The notes under the pieces are model-generated. The model saw only the letters and a program-made list of their open reading frames with translations. It was not told the DNA's origin and did no database searches. The translations under genes were made by a program, and so were the position numbers. A stretch of DNA of 64,000 bases, from contig OZ024743.1 in assembly GCA_964016885.1 (NCBI GenBank), positions 16,616,001 through 16,680,000 on the forward strand, read 5' to 3'. How positions within the stretch are numbered: position 1 is the first letter of the stretch; every line of letters begins with the position of its first letter. Shown piece by piece: positions 26,273-39,529 of this stretch. The DNA comes from Eledone cirrhosa. Lineage: Eukaryota.

Positions 26273-27017
26273 ATAAGAAATGATTTCTGTGTGTCAGAGA
26301 TGACTCTTACGATATTGAAGTGAATGGCTTCGAACAGGTGGTTGCAGAGAGGAGAAAATACATATTTAGCCGGAGAGTAATGGTCACTGATTTACCATAT
26401 TTTCTTGTAAGTCAGCGTCAATAGAAATAGTCCTACGAATTGGAATTGGATAACATCGTCTTCAGCAGATATATGTGAGATCGGTCTCCGTGTGAACTGA
26501 CTATTTCAGAAAATATGCTACATGATTAAATATGGATTCAGTCATATCGAACGGAGATGGTATAATTTTTCGCAAGGTGTCAATATATACATTTAACGAG
26601 ATAGGTGCTAGCCACAATAACATCGTTCTTAAAAATGATATTTAATAAAAGACAGCATCTTGTGTATTTATTGATGCTGTACAAAATATAAAATATAAAA
26701 CTAAAATACTCTGCAAATAACAGATGGAAATATATAAAAAAAATCAAAGTTATCGAATATTGACACTGCGATTTTAAGTCTTCTGAGAGCAGTGAAGTGA
26801 TATACAACACAAAAAATCGAATCTGTTGCAGATAATATTTCCTTATTTGAAGTTAGATATATAGAGTTTCGATAAAAAATGTATTCAAGACAAAAAAAAT
26901 TCAATAAAGTTAAAAGAAAAACGTAGAAAGTTCCAGAACATCAAACCACTCTTTTAGAGTTACATAAGGTTTTAGAGTTTCGACAGAGTACCTATTACGT
27001 AATAGCACATGCAACAT

Positions 27018-27018
27018 A

Positions 27019-27070
<52 letters not shown>

Positions 27071-27094
27071 ATACTACTACTAATAATAATAATA
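27018..27094. repeat. (TAC)n/(TAA)n microsatellite at the LINE 3' end
   Basis: Direct reading. Confidence 0.95.
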
Positions 27095-27346
27095 CTTTCT
27101 TTATTAACCACAAGGGTTTACACAAAGTAGACATTAAGGACAGTACAGGACAATACAGGACGGTACAAAAGGGTATGTCTGCGTGTAAAAAAAAACAAGA
27201 AACAGAGGATGTAATAATAGAACAATGAAAACATTCCCCAATAGGGGGGAGACTTCCGAGGGACATTCGTGGAGAAAGCCCATTAAAAAGCCACAGTGAC
27301 CCTGACCACCAGAGCAAGTGCCCTCTCCCAGTTTTCCACCTTTAAT

Positions 27347-30300
27347 TTACAGACACATGCTCAGAGTAGGTCCATTCACTCGGGCCATTCTTGCTTCTCT
27401 CACCCATCTTTCAACAAAATGCTGGGAAGAGAGCACCTTCCTCTCAACCCTGATTTTCCTTTTCAAATGAAATTTAAAAAAGTTAATCAGGGCATCACCG
27501 AAGAGGTAAGTGCTCGTCTTCAGTCCTTTCAAACGTGTCCACCATACTATATCTTTCGCCATGGCCACCAGGCAGATAAAAACTGCCTGCCCTTCCCGGC
27601 TAAAGGAGGAGGGCGGAGCAATCCTCACGATGGACTCAGCTGATAGCCGGATCTGTTCTACACGCGACAGCAGGTGTTCGACATAAATCCACAAGTCAGC
27701 AATGCTCGGAAACTGGACGAGTGCGTGCAGGACGGTTTCGTCACCCTGCGCGCCTCTCGGACATGCCCGACTGACGGCATCTCCATGCCTGTAGAGTTTA
27801 TCCCGGACTGGCAAAGCTCCTCGGTAGCACTGCCAGGCCAGGGATTTCTAGAAGTTGTCCATAGGCCCCGGCCCGGGAGTTCTTCCGAAGAGATTGGCTA
27901 GTTAATTTTCGTCGACGCCTAGAGTTTCTCCAAGTACGTCGTCGCTCTTCCCCTCCACTAATCCTCTATAGAACGCCAAGGTGGAATTTCCACCGATCAC
28001 ATTGCCTGATTGGTCGAAGGCTGTGAGCGCTTGCAGTCATTTCAATCTCCAAGCGCTCCCTCTCGGTCTTCGCTTGACCCAGGACTGCAGCTCCGTCAAA
28101 CACACGAGCTGGGTAAAGACGCGTTAGCAAACGGCGACCACACCTTATCACCGTCTAGGAAGAGGTGTAGATGTCGTAGCCTGAGCGCGTGTTTGCGCAT
28201 CATCAGCCACGGCATGCCCAGCCCTCCACGTAGCGGGTGTTGACAGCAGATGGACCGCCTGACCATCGGAGCGCGTCCCTCCACAAAAAGCGAAAGAGCA
28301 AACGCTCCAGCGCAGTCACGCGGGGCTTAGGACAAGCTACGACGATCAGGCGGTAGTATATGACGGACGCGATGTACGTCATAGCCACATCCGCTCGACC
28401 TTTCATACAAAGCTTCCTTTCCGCCCATTTCTGGGTGAGATACGCCACAAGCTCGTCACCTCGTCCCAGTTTTTGTCCGTCTGGAGGTCCGGACCGAAAC
28501 AGACCCCTAGCAATTTAACCGGTCCCTCCGTCCAGCGCCCGACGACGCTGTTGGACGGCATGGACCTGCCTCTCCAGGTGACGAGCTGCAGGCCCACTTA
28601 CTTATCCTGGTTGATCATTGCTCCTGTCACAGCTTCGTATTCACTTAGTGTAGTGCCGATCGTCTTGATGTCTTTGACGTTCGACACCACTACGGTGACA
28701 TCGTCCGCATATGCTGAGACGGATCTTCCGCATCCTAGTTCGCGCGGGATCCACCTCAACGTCTCCAGTTTGTGCAGTAATGGCTCGAGAGTCAATACGT
28801 ACAAGTGGGACGAGAGGGGACATCCTTGGCGGACCGAGCGCATGATGTTCAACGCTTCCGAAAGGTGATCGTTCACTCTCACCACAGAGCAGATGTCGCT
28901 GTGCATGGCTGTGATCCAGCCTCTGAAGACGGGCACAAAGCCAGCCGCCCTCAGGAATGCCGCTAGGTAACGATGGTCGACCCTATTGAAAGCTTTCGAC
29001 TGATCTAAATTGATCAAGCACCCACCCGTGCCAGGGTCCCTAGCTACACTCTCTACGATGTATCGCATGAGGTGGAGGTTGTCCTGGATGGATCTGTAGG
29101 GAATGGCGCATGTCTGCGCCTCTCCCACCAGTACAACAACGACAAACGCCAACCTCTTTGCTAGCACCTTGGCCAAAATCTTGAACTCTGTCTTTAGCAG
29201 AGTTATGGAGCTGAAACTATCTATGTTATCCCCCTTGTTCGGATCCTTTCTCAGCAGCGCCACAGCTCCTCGGCTCACAGAGCTGGGAATTCTCCGTTTT
29301 GTTGCCAGATGCAGTAGACGTGCGCCAAGAGGCCTCCAAACAAGCCTGGCATCCGTACGTAAAGTTCATAGGGCAGACCATCCAAACCAGTCGATTTTCC
29401 CCTTGTGCAGCCAGTCATTGTCTCCTGTACTTCAGCGGCTGCTATCGAATTTTCGAAACACTCCGCCTCAATGGCCGAGAGTCGCGGCAGTCCGTCGTGG
29501 TAGACACTAAAGTCCATCCCTCGATCCGACACGCCGCTGCTCCCGAACAGCTTTTCGAAGTGTCGCTGAAAAGCTTCACACATTTGCCCGGGATCGAGTA
29601 GCATGCGCCTGTCGTGGTCCACCAAAGACCGGATCGTGGCTTTGTTGCTACGACGCACCTCCGCCACACGGGCCCATTGAACGGCTTTCGTTCGCTCGTG
29701 TTTGAGAGCACGCACCCTAATTCTGACAACGCAGTCTTCCAGCTTTGCAATGAAGAATTGGTCAAGGGCCAATTTCACCGCAAGTACGTCAGTCGCGATG
29801 CCTTTGCTAAGAGCCTCGTCTAATTTTCTAACTAGTTCTCCCTCTGCTCTATTCTAATCGCTCTTTTCAAAGCAAACCACCACTTGTTGTTGAAGATGGC
29901 CGCCGTCATCTCCCGCTTAACTAGTTCGCTAATCCGGTCTCTGTAGGTCTTGCGCGCTGGTAAGGAGGCGTTTAGCTTCCAGTAGCCGGGTCCTCGTCTA
30001 TGAAACCTATTTAATTCAAGCACACATCTCACGAACTTGTGGTCCGTGTAGCCGACTTTTCTTGAATTGTGGACAGCCTATGCTAGACCTATCTATTTCC
30101 CTACAAAATACTCCATCTAAATATGATCTGTCTGACCCTATGCGATTCGTCCAATTCCACATTGGCACATTCGGGAAATCCAATCGTTACCTGTCAGACA
30201 GTTCAAAACGCCTGAGCATGTTGGTGACGCTCTTGCACCCTCCTCAATATCCGCTAATCACACAGTCCCAGTGTGCATCTAAGATCCCGTTCCAGTCGCC

Positions 30301-30698
30301 CATTAACACTAAAGAGAGGGACGTTACATGAAAGGTTTTCAGACGCCGGAAGAAATCAGGCCGCCCTGCTCCTATGGGGCATAGACGGCCACTAGCCTGC
30401 AAACTTGCCCCCCGTTTCAGCTGGTCCAGTCCAGCACCACGAAGATGGCCGGTATGGCAAGATCCAAACCTCTCCGAAAAAGCACAGCAAATCCTCCCCC
30501 CGATCCAGGATGGTTGGCAGATTCGTACACATCGTAGCCGCCGAAGATCGGTGCGAAGGCCCGTGCTTCGAAGATTATGGTTTCGCTGATGGCCACTACA
30601 TCTATGTTTAGTGACCTGAGGTCGTTGAGCAGGTGGCCCTGCTTCCATGACGACCCCAAGCCACGCGCATTTATGCTGCCTATTATGAGTGAGGTCAT
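27347..30698 (-). pseudogene. LINE ORF2: APE endonuclease, RT and C-terminal zinc region, frameshifted
   Basis: INARG, AISET, MGDWN, TDHKFV, GPGYWKLN, GLDGLPYE, ITLLKTEFKILAK, LDQSKAF, RQGCPLS, AYADD, CPRG..ETVLHAL. Confidence 0.93.
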
Positions 30699-30732
30699 GT
30701 TGAAATGGAGCGGAAACGATGGGAAAGACCAC

Positions 30733-32851
30733 TTACCTTACTTCTCGTAGAGGAAGGATAGTATCTCCATCCTTTTCACTGTTCCTGGCCTCCTCCGGAG
30801 GGATGTCCTTATAAATCCTCCTGGAGAGTGCTTGTCGGATGTCTCCGATGTCATAGGGTAATCTTTGCTTTAGTGTCGTGTACGTTTTCTGTGTGATGCG
30901 AGGTATTTGTATGTGTGGAGGTGGTGTGAAATGTTTGGTTGTTGTGTAGTCTTTTTCTGTGAAGCTGGGGTTGTGTTGGATGTAGTGTAATAATTGGTTG
31001 TTGTTCACATTTAATTGTTTCTACTTTTGGCACAAGGCCAGCAATTCCCCAGTACATTACGGGTACTTTATTTTATCGACCCCGTAAGGATGAAAGGCAA
31101 AGTTAACCTCGGTGGGATTTGAACTCAGACCGTAAAGGGACGTAACTATGCTGGAAAGCATGGCGTCCGACTCTCTACTGATACTGCCAATATTCAAATT
31201 TAATGCTGTGTAGTGTGTATCATTTTGGTTATTTTGTTTTGTTTGCGTTTGATGTGGGTTTGTTTCTGTTTCGCTTTTTGGTGACTTTTGTGGTGTTGGT
31301 GATGCTGGTGTTGGCGTTAATGATGGTATTGGTGTTTGTGGTGATGTGGTTGGTGATGCTGGGCTGATTGGTGGCATATCTGTCCTAACTTTTTTGTTTG
31401 ATAGTTTATTTGTTTCCCTCTGTATTTTGTATTTGGAGAGGGAAGGAAGAGCATTTTTTTCTTTTTTGGTTTCTTTTTCTTTTTTGTTTTCCTGATACCG
31501 TTTCCCACTCCTCGTCGTCACAATCTGTCTCCAGTTGCGATAGGTCGGGGAGTGCAAAATCCTCCACAGGCGTTAGTTTTGGTTGTGGCGTGGTGGATGG
31601 TGTAGGCGCTGGTGCTAGTTCTGGTGCGTTGGGTGGTGGTGGTGTTGGTTTTGCTACTGTTTGTGGGGTTGTTGCTGTTACAGTTGCTTCTGTTGTTGCT
31701 ACTACAGTTGTTGCTGCCATTTCTGCTGCTGGTGGTGTTGATGGTTGAGTCACTGGGTTCGGTAAGAGAGGAGACACCAGCCTTTTAGCCTGAAGGCAGA
31801 AAGCCCTTAGGTGGGTTCCTTCACCACAAACGACACACCTATGCCTCCTGCCCTCGAAGATTACGGTGAGGTGGCTGCCGTCAGTGAGGTCTATTAGCTC
31901 TGGGATCTCCTAAATGCTTTTTTAGTTTGCGTGGATCATTAGCTCCATCCCAGATCCATTCTCCTGCTTTTCTTTCGCTATTTCGATTATCTTGGTGTTG
32001 GCTTCGATGCTGGCGAGGACGGCAGCCATTAGCCAGGGAATTTCGATGGCCGGTGGAACGTGGGTCACCCTGATCTTCACGAGTCTCTGGCCACAATAGC
32101 TTGGGACGAGTGTGAAGCCGTCACTTCTTAATGTGGCCATGGAGTGTTCTCTGGCGTCCTATCGTGTTTCAAAGAACACGTACACGGTTCCATATTTCTG
32201 CCTACATCTGATGTTGTTTTCTTTTGGTCACACATGTCCCAAAGCTTTTTGGATTTGGGACTCGTATACCCGTTCCACTTGGCGCTATTTTATTTTAATC
32301 GTCCGATAAGACACGGTGCATAGGCGCCGATGATCCATTTTATTAGGTGGGTGGGTGAGGCTGACCCTGTACCCATCTTTCTTTACCATTTCTTTGGTTT
32401 CTTCTAATTCCTCCTGAGTTACCGTAAATGCTTCGAACTTTTTTGCTACTCTAGCAAAAGACAGAGTGGTTTTCTTACTCGCATTGTTGCTGTTGTTGTT
32501 AAAGTTATTTTTGTTATTGTTAATTTTAGTTTCAGTTGTGGTGGTGGTGGTGGCGTCAGTGATGTTCGGTGGGGAAGAGTTAATTTTGGGTGAATTCATT
32601 TCGATATCACGCGACAATTTATTTTTTTTTGCTTCTGTTGTCGCTGTGGTGGTGGGGGTGGCGGTTTCAACACCTGCATTCATTGGTAATCGCGGGAAAT
32701 GAATGTCTGCCGGAGAGAAATTTAAAACATTGCTACTGCTTATATTTTTAGTGTAGGCAAACGTAGTAATATTTACAATGGTGGTGTCGGTGTGAGGTGT
32801 TAGTTTGTGAGGAAGGCTCTCAGCTACTTGGTTCAGCTGTGAGTCAGCCAT
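30733..32851 (-). pseudogene. LINE ORF1 (gag-like), interrupted by stops, frameshifts and a SINE
   Basis: MADSQLNQ start; KIRVTHVPP; EGRRHRCVVCGEGTHLRAFC (C-x2-C-x4-H-x4-C, ~31795-31855); Pro/Thr-rich tail. Confidence 0.8.
31016..31192 (-). mobile_element. SINE inserted in LINE ORF1
   Basis: Full SINE core; TSD-like TTCACATTTAAT (31004-31015) / TTCAAATTTAAT (31193-31204). Confidence 0.9.
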
Positions 32852-33084
32852 GATTTTTCAAATAAATGTTTTTTTTTAATAATTATAAAAGTTTAAATTT
32901 TGGCCTCAAGGCCCCAAATCCTTTTGAGTGTCCTTTTCAGAAAGCAAAGTATGTGCACTTATATACAGTTAACAATAAAAATTTTGCATAAATGGCAATT
33001 CTAAACAACTGAAAACAACAAACCTTTGCGGAGCTCACGATGATACGATTTACTACGTAGGTCGCCAATAATAATAAAAATAAT

Positions 33085-33263
33085 AATTGTTTCTACTGTT
33101 GGCACAGGGCCAGCAATTGTCCAGTACATTACTGGTACTTTATTTTATCGACCCGTAAGGATGAAAGGCAAAGTCAACCTCGGCGGGATTTGAACTCAGA
33201 TCGTAAAGAGACGTAACTATGCTGGAAAGCATGGAGTCCGACCCTCTACCGATACTGCCAATC
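33085..33263 (-). mobile_element. SINE
   Basis: A box TGGCAGTATCGG, B box GAGTTCAAATCC, conserved core, GTAGAAACAATTATT tail. Confidence 0.9.
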
Positions 33264-33364
33264 ATAACAATAATAATAATATTGAAGTTGGTGCGGATAA
33301 TGGTGATGATTATGGAGATGCTGATGTTAATATTAATGCTTATACTACTAATAATAACAACAAA

Positions 33365-33625
33365 AATAATACATTCTTTATTGTGCAAAAGGGTTCACAT
33401 ATAGAGGGCAAAACATCAGGGCCAGGAATGACTCAGGAACGCAATCAAACCATAGCCGCACTACTCTACATGAACATCATATTAAGGAGCCCCTCTCTCC
33501 TCCAAACTATCCAACCTACAGGCGAATGGTCAGAGTAGGCCAATTCACACGAGTAATCCTCACTACCTTCCCTCAACTTTTAACAAACCCACTAGAGCTC
33601 GGGCAGCACCTTCCACTCCCCTATC
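33365..33625 (-). mobile_element. 3' fragment of a second Tx1-like LINE
   Basis: 33528-33620 aligns by eye with 27358-27450 (TCAGAGTAGG.C.ATTCAC.CG...CAGCACCTTCC.CTC.C); AATAAA and an ATT-rich tail on minus. Confidence 0.7.
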
Positions 33626-33802
33626 ACTATGCACTCATAATCATGAGCATACATCTATAATAGTCTAGCTTCTGTTACCGTCAAGAAAAGCAGTGAGAAA
33701 TGTAATTTTGATATACATCAAGTGAGAAACGATGGAATTGCCGATTGCCTCCCCTAGTTTATTTCACGAACACCCAGTTTATTATTCACTACACAATACT
33801 TA

Positions 33803-34417
33803 CACACATGGTGGCTGCCAACTCGTTTTTGAGTACGGCCACTACTTTATATCCATGTAGGAGAACCCCTACCGATGCGCTAAACGAGTGTGACTTTTTA
33901 GTCCAGCCAGCGACTTGAAAACTCTGGTACAAACATTACACTTGTGACAATTATTGACACATAGTGCTGGGCCCATGGGACCATGTGACGAGAAGTGCAG
34001 AGAGATCTCCAGATATAAAGCAATGCCTGTGCCGTGAAGCTTTTATAGTGATCAAAGGCACTGCACAAAGCCAGTCCCACTCTCTTAACCAAGATGATAT
34101 TTACCAAAAAGAAGAACAAGTCAACATCATTGGATACCATCAGGGTTGCAGGTGTTATATCAGACTTTTCCTTCTCCTAGAATTCTGCCTTGACAAAGGC
34201 TAAGGGGTCATCTCTCCCAGTGATTTCGGATGGCCATTGACTATTAAGAGCTCCTTTGCCCTTTGACAGATTTTGTTTTTAGTCCTGCAGGATGTCCAAA
34301 GTCACCCTCCTCACCAAGAAACCTTGGTGGGGTTGCCAGTTTAGTCGCCAACGACCCGACCATGAGACAGGTTGTACTGGGATACATGTTACCAGTAGCA
34401 CCAAGTGGTGACCTGAC
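33803..34417 (-). mobile_element. Internally deleted RTE (BovB-like) element: 5' UTR joined to 3' end
   Basis: 5' UTR motif TCTAGGAGAAGGAAAA.TCTGATAT; terminal C2H2 finger CNVCTRVFKSLAGLKSHTRLAHR* (~33870-33940); short 3' UTR; (TGTA)-like flanks. Confidence 0.75.
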
Positions 34418-34854
34418 ATACATACATACACACATACAAACACGCATACCTGACTTACACACATACACACATACAAACACGCATACACACACATGCACCC
34501 CTACCCCATATATATATAGAAAAATACATAAATATAATAAATACATAAATATTATTAAAAATACCCTGCGTAACATTCACATGCGTTTCATGATATGTTT
34601 TACGTATAAGTCTTGGACTAATATTTTTATTATTTCGTTATTCTAATCAAAATGATTTCGCATCCAGCTACTTACATATGGAGTTACAATAAATTTTCAA
34701 TTGGAATAATTCGGACGTTGAGAAAGCGGTCTCTGATTCTGGTTGAACAATCAATTTAATTGATTACACAAACGGAATTTGAATAATTCTCTCGCTCTCT
34801 CTGTATGTATGCATATATATATATATATATGCATATATATATATATGTAAATAT

Positions 34855-34891
<37 letters not shown>

Positions 34892-36009
34892 AGAGAGGGA
34901 GAGAGGAGTAAGAGAGACATATTATATATGTGTGTTTGTGTGCCTATATGTGTGTTTGCGATTTTGTGTATACCAATTCGAATAATGACAATCATTTCCT
35001 GGTGACTTGAATAATCCTCCTCCAAGTCTATAAAACGTACCTCCAATCAATCATCACATTGGAAACTCAAACAATGCCCAACAAATGCATATGAGATATT
35101 CTGCATAAAATAACTAGAAACCATACAACAATACCAACTGACGAGCAAAATCTGATTGTAATGTTGTACTTGCTTAAAATCAAAGCTGATACCATTCCAA
35201 GATCATAGAGTGTGGCAGCATATAGTTTAGCATATAAGATAACACTTTTGATATTGTTGAAAATATTAAGCATTTCCATGTCCTATGTCAGTAATTATGT
35301 GATCATATGTCAGCAGTGATCTTTGAGAAAATATAGTCAATATAGTTTAACTTTATCTAGCAATAAATACAGAAATAATATAAAAACATCAAGAGCAATC
35401 ACAAAACATCAACTTCAACAACAGAAGCAACACCATCCTCGTCTTCAGTAGGAGTAACACAAATAGTAGAAGTACAAATAGTAGTAGCAGTAAATATAAT
35501 TCAGTATTTATAGTATATGGATACTTCTGCCGTATAGCAATAATAACATCGGAGAAATATCGCTACTAATTAAACTATATCACACATCGCCGGTGTTGGC
35601 GTGTCGGAAGACGAATATGAAGTGAGTAGATCTCTTTAAGACATCAGAAAAACAGTCTGAGAACATTAATGGAATTAAGGAAAAGAGCAAGGTCAACAAC
35701 AGATATATGCACAAGTGATATATTGAAAGAGGAATATGTTTCAGTGGTGATATAAAAAGCTAGATACGTTATGCGACAGCATTCATCATATGAACATTAG
35801 TTGCTGACTTGATATAAAAGGAAGAACAACAAAAACAAAAACAAGAGTAAACTAGAAGAAAATCAAACAGAAAAATAAAAAGAAAATTGTGGAAGCTATC
35901 CCTAATATCATTAAATGAGATGAAAGTGATATGATATATAAATTATGAGGAAAAGTAAAGCTAAATAAAACGAAAGTGCCGGGTTCCTATGCTGCTTACT
36001 GCTAATGAT

Positions 36010-36400
36010 TTCTGATTGTGGCAGAAGGTGAGTAATTTTTGGAAATGTTGAAGTCGAATAAACTGACACCAGCGCGTTACTTGTACTTTATTGTATCGAA
36101 CCTGTAAGGATAAAAGGCAAAGTTAATTTCAGTGGGATTTGAACTTAAATGTTAAAGGGACGTAATTCTATGCCGGAAAGCATGGCGTCCGACGCTCTAC
36201 CGATATTCCCTATCCAACACTCTCTTATGCTTATTGATAATAGTATGAAAGTGCTTCCGGTGTTGACGCAATGCCAGCAAGTTGAAGGTTCGGGAAAGTC
36301 GATTAAATCGACTGTTACTTGGTTTAAGGATGAAACTCACAGCTAATCATGGCATGATTTAAACTCAGAATGGAAAGAGGCGAATCTATAATTTGAAAAT
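36010..36400 (-). mobile_element. Two adjacent diverged SINE copies
   Basis: GTACTTTATTGTATCGAACCTGTAAGGATAAAAGGCAAAGTTAA..GGATTTGAACT; a weaker second copy at ~36240-36400. Confidence 0.65.
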
Positions 36401-37906
36401 CCACTGTCCTTACAATATTAATATATATTGTGATGTAATATTAATTGGAAACCTAACGCCTATTTCCTGGTTACAGAAAACATTTTGATGAATAAAACAA
36501 GTGTTAGTTTTTCCATTCTGTACCGAGGGGGAGATTGGAAATATGAAACCTAACAACACTACAGATCGGCAATTGAAATGTATCATATAATCCTGTATTT
36601 CTGAAAATATTTGGCATTGATAAAGGATTACAAACTTCCATTCAGTCTAAAATGGAAGCTCAACAAATTCAATTAAAAACTGAACATGAAATGTAATGCG
36701 AAATGGAAATGAATACGATGATTTTCAAAGCAGATCCATTATTCAGTTTTTTTCTTTCATTATTCTGACAACTCTGTCTTGTAATACGAAAGTTCAAACC
36801 ATGTACCATCCAGCCGTAGTGAAAACAAGAATTAGTCATCTAATATTCAGGAATTACCTTACTTCTTAATCCTGCGTGAAGACATCGATTGTTTGAGTGA
36901 TAAATTGTGTTGTAATTTCCGACAGAAATATGTAGATGGGGAGTGTAAAATCAGAAAACATTTAGAATTTAAAGGAAAGCCACGGACTATTAAGAATTTG
37001 TAATCACCCAAGTGACTCCTTTTAATGATGCTATTCAACACAAGATAATTCGTTCACTCATAGAAATGGAAGGAAAAGAAATCTGGGTGTGCTTCAAAAT
37101 CTCACTGTAAAATGAATGTTTTGAAAAATATATGAGTCTCAGAATATCACTTGTCGTATCCCAAAGCTTGAATTAAAATATGGGAACTTCACTAGGTTTA
37201 AATGGGAGGATTAACAATCGATATGAGCCTTGAAAAATGAAAAATGCGACAATACTATATTTACAATGATTAGTATATTTAACAAATACAGAAGAAAATA
37301 TTTGTATTAGGAAATGTGAAGTAGATGATATACGTGATATCAGAGTGTTGAACGGTGCATACAATCACATAAATTTATAAAAGTAAATCTAACAAAGGTA
37401 AATATAAATCGGAAGATATATGTAACTTTTCAGTGAAAGTATGTTACAGAAACATGAGGTGAGACAGAACACATCAAATAAGGTGGTTAAGAAGAAGTAA
37501 TTGAAGTATTGTGTCATAAGTATCAATTAGTTTGAAGCTATTAGAGAAGCCTTGTAGCATGCATGGGAATAATATTCAACAATTAAAGGATCTTCTTCAA
37601 CTTGCATTGCCACAATTGATGTATAATAACTAATTACACAGCATTTCATAAAACATTTGTCTTATTTAGTATTTCCATCTCGTACCAGTGTGATTAAAGT
37701 ATATTCACATTGCATGAAATACAATCTACATCGTTTTGTAAAGTTTGACAAAAAAGGGACAATTAACCATATGAAAAAAAGGGTAAACATACAGGGTACT
37801 ACACAGATGTATGTATAATACCATGACTGACAATGAACTATTTATGCGATTCTCTATCTCAGATATTGGTATATCTCATACCGTCATTAAATGCACTGAA
37901 ACAATT

Positions 37907-37985
<79 letters not shown>

Positions 37986-39110
37986 CACTCCAATTTCCCC
38001 CCAATGCTTTCCAAAGTATCTCTTCCTGTAACATATCATTTTCATTGGTAACATCGGCACACACAATGTAAAATACCTACGATTCCTCTGCCATATGTGC
38101 GTGCAGCCTCTTCGAAAGTATATATATATATATCAATCCACTTTTTGATCGTTGACAAGTGACAGTGGTGCTCAGTACATTTTTCTTGATACATTGTGTA
38201 TGCTATAATTAGTATAAACGTTGCGTAGCATATACAGACAATACAACATTGATATTCCGTAATGGCCATGACATTAAATTTCGTTCTCGTGGTTTAATAA
38301 AAAGATTAGCGATGAAAGCATTCTGAAAGTCATAGCAACAATGAACGTTTCATTATATCTGTGACAAATAACATGAATTCACGACAGTTACTTTCTTGCA
38401 CATAGGAAGACTCTACGAGCTATAAATAGTTGTTATGAATCGTTGACAAAGGGGTTTTCAAAGCTGGTGCCTAGCAGACAACCAGTGTAACGTGATGGTG
38501 AATATCGTAGGGGCATTTAAAGAGTACAGAATTATGAACAATATAGAGATTAAAAAATTACAAAATAGATAAATGAATGGTAAATAATTAGGAAAAAGTA
38601 AATAGATCATATCCGAATCGTGAATAATTATAACTATAATACAAGTAATTGGATTAAAAATGCAAGTATTTAATTATAAAAAATGTAATTGGATAAAAAA
38701 ATACATTTTCGCATAAATATCTGTCTATATCAAGTAGATGATGAACAATTCTATGACCTGGCCTTATCACAAGCTCGATTAACCCATGGTTCAGCAGTCT
38801 CTAGGACACAGGAAAAGTTTCCATCCAACCGAGTAGCTTCAATATACTCACGTCGGAGAAATTATTTGAACACTAAGTTCAATTTATTCGAAGTAATCCA
38901 GGTTTGTATCAAATCCCGGCATCCGGCTATATAACAAAGAGGACAGCTTGGCAGACGATTAATAATGTAATGCCTACTGGATAACAAGAGCAAGCGATAG
39001 TAATAATCGTGACACATAGATTATATGCATTCCTAGCGTTACCTCCTGTTAATGGCAATACCAGTAATAACACCACTTGTACTAATGAAGAAAGAACCAG
39101 TTTCGTAAAT

Positions 39111-39210
39111 AATAAAAGTTAGATGAATCATAAAAGGTAAATGAATTCCACAGAGTGAAAAGATACTTTTTAGAATTCATTTACCTTTTAAGATTCACGT
39201 AACCTTTATT
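39111..39210. repeat. Inverted repeat, 38-bp arms, 24-bp spacer
   Basis: AATAAAAGTTAGATGAATCATAAAAGGTAAATGAATTC / GAATTCATTTACCTTTTAAGATTCACGTAACCTTTATT. Confidence 0.85.
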
Positions 39211-39529
39211 TTTTACTAATTAATATACGTAAGTAAGCAGTTATAGAAAAGCTAATTGGATAGAAAGACTTATTGCGAAGACCGAGGTACATCTAAGCTT
39301 GTAATTAAGCCACAGCATGGAAGTCTGATCACCACCAACATAATATAGATACATAGATATAAACGCAATTAGGCTTTCTAACCATTTAACTATTTCTTTA
39401 ATTACTTACTTTTTAATTAATTGCTTACATTTATTACTTATTACTATAATTATCCACTGTTCGTAACTATTACATTTTAGAATATATTTTGTAGGTCTAT
39501 GATTCATATACATTTTATTATATACTAGT

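Larger units (their letters stand above)
27095..33066 (-). mobile_element. Near full-length Tx1/L1-type LINE, decayed
   Basis: ORF1 with CCHC knuckle, ORF2 APE-RT, AATAAA at 27100-27105 (minus), (ATT)n on both flanks. Confidence 0.92.

Noticed and set aside
26340-26412. AG...GTAAGT bounded open stretch (VVAERRKYIFSRRVMVTDLPYFL) as a host exon
   Set aside because: No polypyrimidine tract, no recognisable homology and no partner exons.
38845-38935. Minus-strand AG...GTGAGT exon candidate
   Set aside because: Stops in all three frames; cannot be supported as coding.
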